DNA of 64,000 nucleotides. Source: Lophium mytilinum. Taxonomy: Eukaryota. The position numbers and the translations under genes were made by a program. Every line of letters starts with the position of its first letter. Positions within the stretch are counted from its first letter, which is position 1. The DNA is taken from contig MU004194.1 of NCBI GenBank assembly GCA_010093605.1, positions 6,156 through 70,155 of the forward strand, read 5' to 3'. Of this stretch, positions 50,218 to 63,339 are shown one piece after another. The notes under the pieces are model-generated. The model searched no databases and was not told where the DNA came from. It saw nothing but the letters and a program-made list of their open reading frames with translations.

Positions 50218-52241
50218 CTAAGCTCCGCCGCCTGCGTCACCCTGCGCAGGGCCATTGTCGACTTTTCTCCTCTTTGCTGGTGGTATAGTGCCTTCTTCGA
50301 ACTGATCATCTGCGAAATAGACACTAAAGCCCCAAGGTAGGCCTAGCCCATCATCCCACTTCTGTTTAGAGAACTCCAAAGTCCCATAGGTCTCTTGAAT
50401 CCAGGCGAATCCTTCTGCCGTGCGCCGTTTGAGAGTTTCGTTGTCCACACGATCGGGTGGATACATATGTAGGCAATCAGACACCAACCGCACCAGACGT
50501 TTCGAGTACATCGCCCAGCGATGTGGATGGTCGAACGGCAACGTGCGACGCTCCGGGTCGTTCCAGTAGAAGATATCTCCCTTTGGGTCCATTGCTCTCC
50601 AAACGTCGTCTGGATTGCGGGTCGCTTGCATAAGCATCCATATCGTCACTCCTAGACTGTATATGTCTGCTTTCGGGCTAATTTCGTACCCCCTAGGGTC
50701 TTCCTTCTCCGCTTGTGTGATAGGTGTGTATTGCTCCTGTCTAGTGTGTTAGAGTTGCGGGTAACAAAGACTCGGGTTGCAAGAGTGGGAACCTACCGGG
50801 GGCTGATACCCTAGCGTCCCCGGGCCATGAGCGCCATTCTTATCTTCTTCCATGTACGACTCTGTTACCGCGAGACCGAAGTCAGATAACAGCGGTGTAA
50901 AGTAGGCGTAGTAAGGTTCTCTCCGCTCGCCGAGGAAAATGTTTGCGGGCTTGATGTCGAGATGGTAGCAGGGTTCCCACTCGCGCGTACTGGCTTCAGA
51001 AAGCGATTCGTCAGCTGCCTTCTCCGGACATACTCCGGTGGTGATTGACATCAGAGCATCCGCGAGACCATCGAACACGAACCATATGAATGCTTCAGGG
51101 ATTGGGCTTTCGCATTCAAGTTAGTGATCTCTATACGAATCGAAAGCAGGAAGCGAAAAGGGACGTACTCTGCTTTTTCATAATGCAGGTTGATTACGCG
51201 CTCCAGGTCGATACCAGCGGCGTAGGTCAAATACAGCATCGCTACTTTCGTCTCCTCTCGCCAGTAAGAGCCTCGCGTTTTTAGGATATTCTCGCAGCAC
51301 GGGGTTTCCAGCAACTGGTGCATCCCGATCTCATGATACATCTCGTTCTCTGCATTCTCCTTGGTGCTGTAGTCTATACGTTTGACGACTACTCGCTGGG
51401 AAAGGTGAGCATTTGACAGTCACTTTCACACTTTCTTGGAGTATTCGAAGCTGGTCACAAAATGAAGGAATCAACTTACATCTGTTATTTTACCGGTATC
51501 TTTATCACAAGACACCCACAAAAGCACTGATTTCTGCGGACTTCGCGCCTGAGATACCCCCTGCTGAATGTCTTGAACGTACAACGCTTTGACATACTGC
51601 CATTCGTCCCCGCGGAGGGCGGTTCGAACAGCAAACGTCTCATTTTCGGTTGGCGAAAACGGCTCTTGATTTTCTTCCTGGTCTTTTCCAACCTCTCCCG
51701 GCTGGTTCTCCAACATCGGCTGCGCAATCGCTGCTGCCCTCCTCGCATCTTCCACCAGTTGGCTCACAGCCCCCCGCTGCTGATCCACCATCGCCCCTCC
51801 ATCGTCCGATACATAGTCCGGCAACGAACTCTGCACCGGCCTCGCAATTTCCTCCCTCCTCCTCTCATCATCCGCCGCCTCTCTCATGGCCCGCTGCTGC
51901 TCCTCCTCCACCTCCTCCTCCGTGACCCCTTCCTCCTCCTCTTCTTCCGCCTCCTCTGCCGCTACCCACCCAGGGATCCACGCGCCCTTCCCATCCGCGT
52001 CGTTGGTGAGCGCGTTCCATTTCCTTATCAGTTTTAGCGAGTGCTTGCCGCGCTCGAATTGCGTGCGGGGCGTGGGGTCGTTTTTCGTGCGGTACGATTT
52101 CGCGCGGCTGATTACGTCGAAGGCGAAGAGGAGGTAGCCGCGTTGTTCGGCAGTGGGTAGGGCGTTGTAGCCGTCTAGTTCGTGGATGTTGAGAATGCGG
52201 GCGTTGGGGACGTTGGGGGGTTGGGGGCCGGGTGCTGCCAT
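50218..52241 (-). CDS. Divergent Ser/Thr protein kinase, multi-exon
   Basis: VVKR, HLDIKPANIF, SDFGLA, GTLGYQPPEQ and KADIYSLG, plus an NLS-like PAKRRK. Confidence 0.85.
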
Positions 52242-52674
52242 AGTGGGAGGGTGGGTAGGTGTTCTACGGCAGAGTTAGGGTGTTAGTATCGGATTTTCTG
52301 CAGGTTGAATAGGAGGGTTATGCGTACTGATTGACTAGGGGTTCTCTAGAGTTGTTACAAAGGGTGGAGGTATCTATCACAGTAGTCTTGTTCCTATTTT
52401 AACTTATCTACTACGATCATAATGAGTATTTTGAAATTTAGCGACATCCGGAGTCGATGAATCAAATTCACGTGCAGAGGTTGAGTTTGGAGTATGATGG
52501 TTCCTGGCGAACAAAGAATCAATTGGTAGCAGCTGCTGATTGGCCTTTGTTCGTGGTATATGTACAAACTCAAGACGTCTACCGCATCCGGAACAACTCT
52601 CTTTTCTTTGTTCCGAGCATGAACCCCAGGGTGTTTGTGGTGCAAGATAGACCTAGCATAATAGTACAGTGACC

Positions 52675-52897
52675 GGCCATAAGCCTAGGCACACTACTTC
52701 GCCACTGCTTTGGGTACCGCTACAGGCTTTCGAAGATCTAAGGGCGATGTCAAGTTTCAAGCAGTGTAGACTAGACTGCCTCTTGACTAATTAGCAGCTC
52801 AGTAGCCGGGCTAAACCCCTACAGTGGTGTCGAGCGAGCAGCACCAACGCAAAGCAGTGATAGATCCGTGTGCCAATACTTGTGGTCTGGTACTGTA
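52675..52897 (+). repeat. Dispersed repeat family, copy D
   Basis: The 5' part aligns with 30851-30920. The core and tail align with copy A. Confidence 0.85.
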
Positions 52898-52916
52898 GGC
52901 CCTCTGATCTGAGCCC

Positions 52917-53848
52917 TCATGTAGCTGGGGGCTCAGCAACTACGCTCCCGAATTCCTTCAGGCCGCTCTCCTTGTCGATCTTCACGACGATGAGCACAAA
53001 CTCTCCATTCTTGCTCTCATCCCAAATTGGCTCTCCAAAGGAATCCACGGGAATGACCTCGCGCGCCTCAGGAACCCCGTTCCACATCTCTCGTAGCATT
53101 TTCATGGACTTTATCTTGAAAGTCGCCTTCCGGGCCTCGACTTGTTCCGGTGTAGCCTTTTTGAGAAAGGGAATGGGATTGACGCCATATCTAATGATCA
53201 ATCAGCCTCTTACAACTTGCGATTTTCGGAGCTGTTGACGAACTCTGCGTCAAGCTGACGACCAACGTCCTCCTTCGCAACACCGGCCATCTGCGCCGCT
53301 GCCCAATAGTATTCCCAAAGGGTCTGCATTGGCCACGAGGAACCTATGGCTATCTCCGCGTCTACTCCAGAAGGACGGCCAAATTTGACCATTCTATTAT
53401 GGGCAATCTAGCTCGAATCAGCAAAATCCACCATATGTTCACGTTTGGGAATATATGGGCTAGCTCACATCAATCTTGAGAGCCATATCCGCGTTTGGAG
53501 TTACACCAAAATCATAGGGACCGCGCGAGTATATTTTGAAGCATCGAATAGACTCGTCTTTATATTTTTGTTGGGCTGCAAGCGCATTGGCAGGAAGCTT
53601 CGGCGGCAGAGGCGTGCTCTTCTTGATCACCTTCTTGAGACGCGACTCTGAGATTGTCCAGCCTTTGGCTTCTCGGAGATGGCGCAGGATTCTGCCTCTG
53701 CCAACATCAGGTGGTCCGAGACTAGTTCTTCGATTGCGGCCACGACCTGTTCGTCGAGGGGCGTGGGCAAGGTATTGGTTTGGTCGACTTCATTGTCTGG
53801 AATATCCTCCCAATCTGCATCGTGGTTCTCGCCGTTCTGTGACTCCAT
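52917..53848 (-). CDS. Hypothetical protein with an apparent 1-bp frameshift near 53665
   Basis: The fragments join through plausible introns. Adding one A gives a continuous KPKGWTISESRLKK. Confidence 0.5.
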
Positions 53849-54340
53849 GATGACGCGGTCTTGTTGTGATTGTGTAAGGGACTCGAACGATGGTAAGAAT
53901 TTTACGGAGGTAGACTGTCAGAGCTAACAGCAGTCGCGTGTGCACGTGATACGAAAAAGGGGGAATCTCAGTTTGAACAAGCCGCGCGAGCAGGGGTGTA
54001 CACGAGCGTGCCACTAGGGTGCTTCACTATGTTTTCGAGAATTTGAGCGTGATGAAAGCTCTTCAATGTGGGCGCTTTGAAAAGTGGTTGAAGCGCTCCA
54101 AGCACTGGCAGCCATGTGTACAGATAAAAGGATCTTTTGAGTATGCCACTTTTGGCCCTCCCAGCGTGCTGGGGTATCTCAGACCGCATGGCATTTCAAT
54201 GAAGTCAGGCACCCCAGAAGCACTACTTGGAAAGCATCATAGATAGCCGTAGACATTTATCTCTCAAGATGGTTCAAAAAGGAAAGGTGATCATATAGAC
54301 CTCTATAACAAGGCACCTTGCAGCAAGTAGATTACACACT

Positions 54341-55917
54341 TCAGACTGTCAACCAAGCCTCCTTCCGATCTTGCGCCTTGCCCTCAGCTTCGGGATCTGC
54401 GGTCCCCCACGGCTCGATCTCGTGAAGCACATCTGTAGTCACGACAATGCCCCTCGATGGTGGACGCCTATCGGACCCGACGCTCCCGTCAGGACTGCGC
54501 AAGCTCGCCCTGGCAGGTAGATGGTCCATTTCGACTGGTTGTATATCGGGCATCGCGGTGATTCTGATTTCGCTCCAAATTGAGTTTGCACGACCGTGTG
54601 GGGATTGCGTACTTCGTGTTCCGAGATTCGGGCCTTTCTCGTATGCGGATCGATTGATGTTCTTCCTTGCTTGATCGGAGTTTCCTCGTTTTGACGAGAA
54701 ACGGAGTCTACTTCGAAGGCCAAGCTTGAAAGACACCAGGCGGAGCAGCGGCTGAAGAGCGGGGAAGCATGCTACCCACAGCCCAACATGACCTTCCAAG
54801 TCCGTCCAAAATGATGCAATCGAGATGTTGAAGGTCGTGTTGATGGTCATGTTAATGCGGACAATTACAGCCAGGCGAACAATACCGGTGATGGCAGCAA
54901 AAATTCCCACAGTAAAAACTAGCATGACTCTGAGGCTTTGGCTGTTGAACATCATTTTCGAGTATAAGACCCAGATAGGGAGGGCGAGGAGCAAGCAGTC
55001 GAAGAGAATTCCGAACGAGGTGTGTGTATACATGAGGATGGCTTCGCGAGATGGTGCCAGACACTGCGCTCCTAGTCTCCTCTTGTTCCATAGGTCACTA
55101 GGCGCGTTAGCTTCATGTCGAAATGACTATCGCAGGTGAATACGTACGGTACGTGTTGACACTCAAATAGCAGAATCAGAAAGCAAACCGTGGTAACCGC
55201 TGCAATCAGACCACCGAGCGCATGGACTATCTTCTTGAAAAATGCTATGAATGAGTCAGTGGCTGCTCGTGTCTCCTTAGGAAGGGTGCAATCGGCGCCG
55301 CCTGGCTTGCAAAGCGAAGCCCTTTTTCCTTTTCATCTGAATACTGGCGGAAATTCCTATGGAATGGTATATCGAGTTCTAATGTTCACCAATAAGTGGG
55401 CTATGCTCACCTTCTTTGTTGAGTCTTGGCAAGAATGCTACGATCGACAACCTCACGAGTCCAGAGGACGCGATGTAGAGGAGTTGCATGGTTGGTAGAA
55501 TCTGAATAGACAACATGAGCTCGTTTTGCTACTGATATTGGGTGTTAGATTTACAAACCGAGAAGAAGATTGCGAGATCTTGCTGCCCGACCAATACCAT
55601 CTGTTTTCCCGATCCGTGGAAGGTTTCTATTAGATTTGGTCAACTCTCCCACCTCGGAGGGATGCCTTTTTAAACCGCCTTACCAAAGATCTCTAGAGAA
55701 GAAAGAGTTACCAGAGTTGCCTAAGGGCAATTAGCAAATGCTAGCTTGAATGTGAGCCTTCATTTGATCATACCCAGGCGGCAACGGCGAATACATCGTC
55801 GAGACCAGGGCTTTTTATCATGAATAACCGCACGTTCAGCCGCACTAAGAGAATAACAGTAGATATGGCGATGAGGGCATAGTTCAAATTGCGAGTAAGC
55901 AACGTTCTGTCCTGCAT
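54341..55917 (-). CDS. PTH11-like (fungal rhodopsin-domain) integral membrane protein
   Basis: VRLNVR...PGLDD, DCLLLALPI and WTDLEGHVGLWVACFPALQPL. Several introns. Confidence 0.85.
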
Positions 55918-57800
55918 TATGTGTTCGAATCACAGCCGCTAGGGCTATGCGAATGCGTAAGATGGTTATTGTCGCCGGGTTTGTAGGCGCAATGAGAAAG
56001 TTCTAATAAAGCTCGGTCTGGGACATGTTGTGGGGAAGAGATGATATGATAAACATTTAAATGTAGGTAGGGACTGACTATACAAAATAGCAGCCCTGCA
56101 AACGGTTGTGTATTGGGAAGGCTAGAATGCAACGGACTGGTGTTGTTGTTCTGAAGGACGGAAGGTCTCAGATTCTCAGAAACCAGGGCGAGGCATAACA
56201 AAGGACAATGTAGCATGCGGTTGAAGATGGCTGAATGCACACAAAACTGTGAAGCAGGGTTTCGAACGTTGTGATGTTGGCGGACAATTTGGCACTGCGG
56301 GTGATGTCCAGTCCAGTGGTCTTTCCCAGAGCAAATCAGAGTCGTCCACGATGTGAAGGCCTTTGTGTATGAATCTTGACACGTCCCAGGAAACTCGATT
56401 GGACAGGATACAAGTGTAGATTGGACGCTTAGGCAGCCCGGGGAGTAGTTGTCCCATACTGGATTCCGGTGCGGGCGCGCAAATAAAACTGAGTCTTACT
56501 AGGATATAAGACTTGGTGATGCCTTACGTTCCCTCGACGCGGAGTCTCACTTGCGTGAGGATAACCACCGCAATTCATCGTTTAACCCTAGTTAGAGTAT
56601 TACTTCAACCTGTTTAGTGAGTGTCCACGGTCACCCGGGCTACTGAAATGAAAATAGAGTGACTGCAAAGCTACAGCTAGGTTTGAGAGCAGCATCTTGC
56701 CTGAACGTGTCCGTACGGAGTCCTCAGTGGAAAGTCATGATCTGTTAACGAGCATCTCGAGTATACCGTACAGCTGGATATGATCGAAGGAGGGTGGGAA
56801 GCGGTGGTGAGGAGTGGTGATGCTAAAGGAGGCAAGGAGGAGCCAGCGAGCCGGAATAAGCTTTCGTGCTACGCTCAATATTGATTAGCCCCCTCTTCAT
56901 CCAGCCGATCCTCCTTTCTCCTGGCCCTTCGCTCTTCTTCAACACCATGCATGCCATCGCTACTTTTAGATGATCAGCATACAGTATACAGCAGCTTTTA
57001 TCTTAGGAAAAAGCGCGTTACACAGCTTCGCCGATGACTCAGCTCTTGAGAGACTGCCTGGAATGCTAGAATGGCTCGAAATTTCCCTTCCGGTTTTCAT
57101 CGCAGGACAACTCGTTGCCTCGGGGATATTACCTTTCTAGCGTCCCCTGTTCCTGACTAATTGGCGCTGTGGTGGGCTGTATGCCCAGGTGAGGACACTC
57201 CAGTTGTACGACCAATGAACGGAAGCCACCTCTACTAACCAAGCAAGTGTAGCGACGTTCGCACCTTGCTATCAACCACTTCCAAGGCTAACCCTCCGAG
57301 CATAGAAGGACTTGTAATAGTCTTGCCTCTTATGAGCTCCTAGAATCTCAACCGCTCTAGCTCAAACTTCCCCTTCTAGTTTTACGGTAAATGTTCTGGT
57401 CTTATCTTCATTCTACTGCACGATCGCTGACTTCGATTATTGTCACCTTAGGTTCTCTCATTTCACTTACCGATCGGAAGAACTGTCGTGGGACTGTTCG
57501 GTGCCGCCTTGCTCCAATCAGCACGAACCATCACTTCGAATGCTGTGCCTCCGTCGAAGCACGCTACCTGCAAGGGAAGCTTTGGCTGTTTGCAGCTATG
57601 GCCCTCACCTCCGCGGTATCTTCTGCCTTTCTCCAAATGGCGTCGCCATCGCGCGCCAGGATAAACCTGGATAAGTATAATCTTACGAGTAGTCCGGATC
57701 GCCGTAAAGTTCGTTGGTGCTTCGTTTTGCAAAACATAGCCGTACTTCACTCTGTGGCATCTCGCAGCCTGTGACCGCTGATTTTACAAATATTGTCAAC

Positions 57801-59516
57801 ATGCATGTACTTGGGTTAGGTCATATTTTCAATTTGCTGGTGATGTGTTCTCTCATTGTCAACGCTGTACCCAGTGATCCTCGCACGACTTGTACGAAGG
57901 TATCCGCGAGGAAAGAATGGTGAGTACATGGCGGCATATATGACCACATTTTCTGGGCTCCTGACTTTGCTTATCTAGGCGGGCTTTGGGCAATTCCGAG
58001 AAGCTTGCCTACATAGCAGCAGTAAAATGCCTGAAAACTAAGCCCGCATTGACCTCGCGGGACTTTTCTGGAGTAAGAAGTCGATTTGATGACTTCCTGG
58101 CCACTCATATCAACAACACAGACTTCATCCATTTTGTTGTAAGTTTAGGTCTCGGCCCCGAGTTTTTGAAGTCCGCTTTGAGCTTTTCGGGCTTTATTTG
58201 ACATGCAATCTCCCATATTTTCAGACTAGGATTATGCTAACTGTATTTATTGAAGGGCCACTTCCAACCGTATGCATTTGACTTCACTCTAATCTATCTT
58301 TTTCTGAAGCTTTGATCTAGATGGCACCGCTGGTTTGTTGCGCAATATGAAAAAGAGCTACAGGTTACATGTGGTTACACTGGGGCACAGCCGTAAGTAC
58401 CTCTAAAAGAGTCATACCTTTTGAAGCTAATATGGAATATAGATACTGGGGTGCGTACGCTCTGCTCGCTCTCGATTCTGGACATACGTGCTGATGAATG
58501 AAAGCAGACTGGACTAAGGATGCTACTGAAGCTCTCTTCCCATATGCGCCGGTCTTCGACGCTACCTATGGCTTCGGAGGTAGGTTTATTCGCTACTCCA
58601 TGTCACTCTGATCTTCTGCTAAGGTCTTTCCTAGGGAATGGGCCATTCATTGATTCGTCTAACGACCCTGACGTCTTTCTACACATTCCCGGGAAGACAG
58701 GTGGAGGTATGGGCTCTAAATTTCGTCGGTTTGGTGGCCTTGGTGCTAATATGCGATGTAGGATGCGTCTTGGATGGCCCATTCTTGAACTGGACTGTAA
58801 ATATGGGACCCGGTAAATCCGAATGCGGCGGGATGGCTCAAAATTATACTTACTCTATGAAGGGTTCAGCACAGCTTACAATCCACGTTGTATGACCCGC
58901 GACTTGAGTCCCTCCTTCGCTTCTCAGAAGCTAAACTCCGCGGTCGTAGCGAAGACGCTCGCTGGCAAAACTTTCCAGGCATTTGACATTCAAGTCCAAG
59001 GTACGACAACTGTAGAAGGCATAACGTACCATGGCGGAGGTCACTTAGGCGTAGGAGGGGACTTAGGTGTTGTCAGTACCATCCGAATAAGTTTACAATG
59101 AACGAAGGCTGATCCTTTCGTACAGATCGGAGATATCTACGCGAGCCCTGCAGGTAAGAATCCTGAAGTGATAGAGGTCGGGCTAATTGCCACTGACACA
59201 CGCCCCCAGATCCACTTTTCTACTTACACCATGCCAATCTCGACAGGCTTTGGGCCAAATGGGAGGCCGTCAGTAAGTACTCCACCTAGTCTTTTACCCT
59301 AAAAATCCACTCAACTGCGTAGGCCCATATCGTCTCTACGAAATCTCCGGACCTGACACGCAGTTCGCCTATCCCTTCAACTTCTTCGGTGACGTACCAT
59401 ATGAGAATGTTACACTAGACTATCAGATGTTCTTCGGTAAGCTAGCAACAGGAAAGCCATTTGTTCCTATCAGGAGCGTCATGGATATCAGTGCTTTGTG
59501 CTACAAGTACCTGTAA
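57801..59516 (+). CDS. Secreted tyrosinase-like di-copper oxidase, many introns
   Basis: Signal peptide, RKEW, SRFDDFLATH, IH..GHFQPWHR, QPYWDW, HGGGH and SPADPLFYLHHANLDRLW. Confidence 0.9.
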
Positions 59517-60000
59517 GGGGCGAAGTCTGCAAGGAGGATTCGTTCTATTATGTACTTTGTATTACCTAGATAACACCTTGGTCGGTTTTTATCATCAATT
59601 CTATGAAGCTTCGCGACTTAGCCAAAGACTTCTCAGGGTGTATACATCACGTGACATGTACCAGTAATGTGAAGACTTCTTTAAGTTTTATAAACATAAT
59701 GTCAAGCTGCGTATTTAATTTTCGTTTTCCGTCCCGAGATTTATAAGGGTCTTCGAGTTCAATTGAGGCCGTACTTAGCGTCAAGCAGCAACAATCAAGC
59801 ATTGTCCCGAGGTCCAACGCGAATCGTCATGCCTGACTTACTGACCCACCCCCACACCCCATGGTTATCACGATACGATATATACCCCGGACCTCTCCAT
59901 TTGTCTCAATCATGGACCTCAAGCAGATATCAAGCTACCTTAATCTCTCGGCAGACCTCCTCACGCGTCCGGAGCCCTGAACCCCTCTCCCACGCGCACA

Positions 60001-60564
60001 ATGCCTACCGAATACTTCGAAGACTTCGCGACCCACCCCTGGGTCCAAACCCTCCTCTCCGACTCTACCATAATAAAATCACCACTCTCAAGTAGAGCAC
60101 CCGACCCCGCCGAAGGCGTGTCGAACAGTTTCTTCGCCACAACTCTGCACACCAAGCGCGCTGTCCGCGCCTACATCAGCTGCAGCCGCCCGGACCCTAA
60201 TGCCTCCTCCTCAGACACCGAACCACCCGCGCACGAGAATTACATCATAGTGTCTGTAGGCGACGGGCTGGACGGGGCTGACGGACGTCTGCATGGCGGG
60301 TTTTCGGCGGCATTGCTAGACCAGGTCATGGGGGGTTGCGCGGTGATGTGCAATAATATGGGATCAAGTCCTGCGACGAAGGAGATGTATGTTAGATTTA
60401 GGAAGCCGGTAGCGACGCCGGGGGTAATACTAGCGCGGGCGACAGTAGAGAAGGTGGAGGGGAAAAGAACGTGGGTGAAGGGGTGGGTGGAGGATGGAAT
60501 GGGTACGGTGTATGCGGAAGGCAAGGCAACATTTGTGAGAGTCGGGGCTGTTGAGAAGTTATGA
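60001..60564 (+). CDS. Hotdog-fold thioesterase (PaaI/4HBT)
   Basis: LHGGFSAALLDQVMG and VRFRKPVATPG. Confidence 0.88.
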   Translation: MPTEYFEDFATHPWVQTLLSDSTIIKSPLSSRAPDPAEGVSNSFFATTLHTKRAVRAYISCSRPDPNASSSDTEPPAHENYIIVSVGDGLDGADGRLHGGFSAALLDQVMGGCAVMCNNMGSSPATKEMYVRFRKPVATPGVILARATVEKVEGKRTWVKGWVEDGMGTVYAEGKATFVRVGAVEKL

Positions 60565-60963
60565 TCGCAACGGGGAACGACGTTGAATAGACTTCCTTTC
60601 TCAAGACTCTTTGTACTTTCAGGGTTCCTCGAGCAGGGGTTATCTCGAAGCCTATCCTCCTGATACTGTTTCTCCCGATACTGCGCTGCATCTCGGCCCC
60701 CATTCATCACACAAATCCTTGCATAATTTGTTACATCGCAGCTGACTTGTTGCGAGAAGCCTCATCAGGTCCTATCATGTCCTGCGAAATACGGATGGCG
60801 TTGCGCCACAGTTACACTTTATCCAATCGAATCCTCGTCAACCTCGTATCAAGTTATTAATATCACGAGGGCATCCCGTGTCTTTGATGCGTATATCAAT
60901 CTTCCAGCTCGTTCTGTCTTTTTCGTTCATGCATTGCCGTGTGCTATCATCAGGCGATCCATC

Positions 60964-61818
60964 ATGCGCCAATTCTCTATCGTCAGGTTCTGTGCATCTT
61001 TTGTCTTTCTCACATCGCACCTAGCGATCAGTGAATTGAATCCCATCTCGAAACCTACCGCCGGAGAAGTGCTAGTAGCTGGAACCTCGTACACTATCGA
61101 ATGGAAACCTGACATCGGCAGCACGGTCGAGCTCCAGCTCTGGGACGATACCTACCTTGGCTACTCCCGCGAGTTCGGAGATCTATGCTATAACTACCTC
61201 ATCAATCCTTTCTGCGGTCAGATAGCAACGAACGTGTCCAACACTGGGAAGTATGAGTGGCATATCCCGCATCCATCGAGCTATCCGCGCAACGAGCCCT
61301 ATTTTTGGATAAAGATGTTCGTCAACGATTTCTATCACCCGGAGCTCGGCAACACGGATCCAGTCTTGAGCTACTCGCAGAACTTCTCGTTTGCAGCGGA
61401 GCCGGGCATGTCTGCGTCAAGTGCGAGTTTGGCTATGGAAAGCAGCACTAGTTCGGTGATCTTGCCTGACCAGCCAACTTCCACGATTGGAGGTTTCTCA
61501 ACGCCATTTCTAAGTCCTCCGTCTGCCTCAACGGTAGCCCTATTGTCAGCATCAGAAGCATCCACAGCCGATGGAACCTCAAGTTCATCGGCCACGCAGA
61601 TTTCCAGTACCTCTCCCTCTATGACTGAGACCAATTTGTCGAGCCAAATCACCACGCCGGGACTCATCACGACAACAACTGCTGGTGAAGTCAGCTCAAC
61701 GATGTCTCAAAGCGCATCTGCAGCGACCGCTACATCGAATAGCGGCTCGGTAGATAAGCTGATCGCTTTGCCAGTCCTCTTTCAAGTGTCGTTCCTTTTT
61801 TGCGCTGCCTTTCTTTGA
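60964..61818 (+). CDS. Ser/Thr-rich GPI-anchored cell-wall protein (Kre9/Knh1-like N-terminal domain)
   Basis: Signal peptide, NPISKPTAGEVLVAGTSYTIEW, NTGKYEW, an S/T-rich stalk and a hydrophobic C-terminus. Confidence 0.85.
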   Translation: MRQFSIVRFCASFVFLTSHLAISELNPISKPTAGEVLVAGTSYTIEWKPDIGSTVELQLWDDTYLGYSREFGDLCYNYLINPFCGQIATNVSNTGKYEWHIPHPSSYPRNEPYFWIKMFVNDFYHPELGNTDPVLSYSQNFSFAAEPGMSASSASLAMESSTSSVILPDQPTSTIGGFSTPFLSPPSASTVALLSASEASTADGTSSSSATQISSTSPSMTETNLSSQITTPGLITTTTAGEVSSTMSQSASAATATSNSGSVDKLIALPVLFQVSFLFCAAFL

Positions 61819-62246
61819 TTGCTATGCGCCCTATGTTCTCAGGGCCGAATATTTCACTTTCTGCTGAGAGAGGTGCTATTAGTGTGTATAGCCTCCCAGC
61901 TCAACGTGTAATTCAGCAGCAAGTAGTATGAATAAGTCAGGAGCACACTGTCCAAATCACGTGATTGGGACACTTGTTTTCACCTCTCGGTTTAGTAGAC
62001 TCACCTAAAGTACCATCACGCCAATGCCAGCTGTACAGACGCGGAGATTTAGGAAGATTCACATCTATGTCCTACATTTCATATCACGTTCTCATCCGTA
62101 CGCCCTATACTAGCACCTTCCTCTCTGAACGAAGTTCTGAGTCACCATCCTACTGGTGCGTCATTCTCACTTCAAATATTCCTATTTTTTCAACCTTCAC
62201 ATTCGCAATCCCTCTTTCAAGATATTGCTAATTTAATCCTGCAACC

Positions 62247-63021
62247 ATGCCTCTCGAACTCGCCCCCCTCACAGCCGAAGATGTCGACGCCTACATGGCA
62301 ATCCGTCAAGCCGCATTCGGTGACAACGTCTTCCGCATCCTCTTCTCCCGCCCTGATGGCCCATCACCGGAGGTCTACGCGCAGATTCGCGACAGCGTCC
62401 GCGACCTAATCGCCAACGACAAGCATGCCTTCTTCCTGAAAGTTACGGACACTGACACCGGCGAGATCATCGCGGGTGCAAAGTGGAAAGTGTTCAGGAC
62501 CGAGAAAGAGATACTAGAAGAACTAGAACTTCCGCCGCCCACATCGGATTCAGATCCCGAGTGCTGGAATCCATTTATGAAGTTGCTGAGCGATGCGAAG
62601 AAGGAGATTATGGCGCTGAGGCCTTATTGGAGTGGGTTCCTGCTTTCTTATTGCCTTTTATATCTCGGGGATGGGCTCTAGGGAAGGTCTAGTGAGTATG
62701 TAGCTGATTGATTGTAGTGCTTGACGCCCTTTCAACGCATCCGGCGCATCATCGACGTGGAGCTGGGGCGATCCTGACGCAGTGGGGGTTGGAACGGGCG
62801 GACAACGAAGGGCTAGAAACGTACCTTGAGGCTTCGACGATGGGTCAGCCGTTGTATGAAAAGTATGGGTTCAGACCTATCAAGACCTTGAGTTTTGACT
62901 TGGGGGAGTTTGGGGGGGAGGGGGTGCAGGAGTTCCAGGTATGAGCTTAGACCCCAATGAAATTAGAGGGCTCGTGCTAATGCGTGTCTAGTCCATGGTA
63001 AGGCCAAAGAAGTCTTCTTGA
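62247..63021 (+). CDS. GNAT family N-acetyltransferase
   Basis: THPAHHRRGAG and YLEASTMGQPLYEKYGF. Two introns. Confidence 0.9.
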
Positions 63022-63339
63022 TCTCGGACGGTTACAGGTTAGTCACCTTCTTAGAAGAAAAATTCAGATGTGCGAGAAGCGTTTTGTCCCACATTCTCCC
63101 TGCCAATCCTGAGTAGCTCGTCTACTCCTCGAAAGTTTTTGCAAACTTTCGAAGCTCCAAGCTAGGATAGTTCTCCGAACCTCTGCTGTCTTAGAGTCTG
63201 AAACATGGCAGCTAGACGTCGAGAAAGATAATATGTCTACTTGAAGGAGTGTGTGGAGCATATGATCCACGGCGAACTGTGCCTGTCTAGAGTTGAGTCC
63301 TGTATATTAACTCCAGGTGTGCCGCATGTGACTCTTATT

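Noticed and set aside
56581..56592. TAACCCTAG as a telomerase RNA template
   Set aside because: An imperfect short match with no supporting structure.
34587..63021. Secondary-metabolite gene cluster
   Set aside because: No PKS, NRPS, terpene cyclase or RiPP precursor lies in the window, and the enzymes are of unrelated types.
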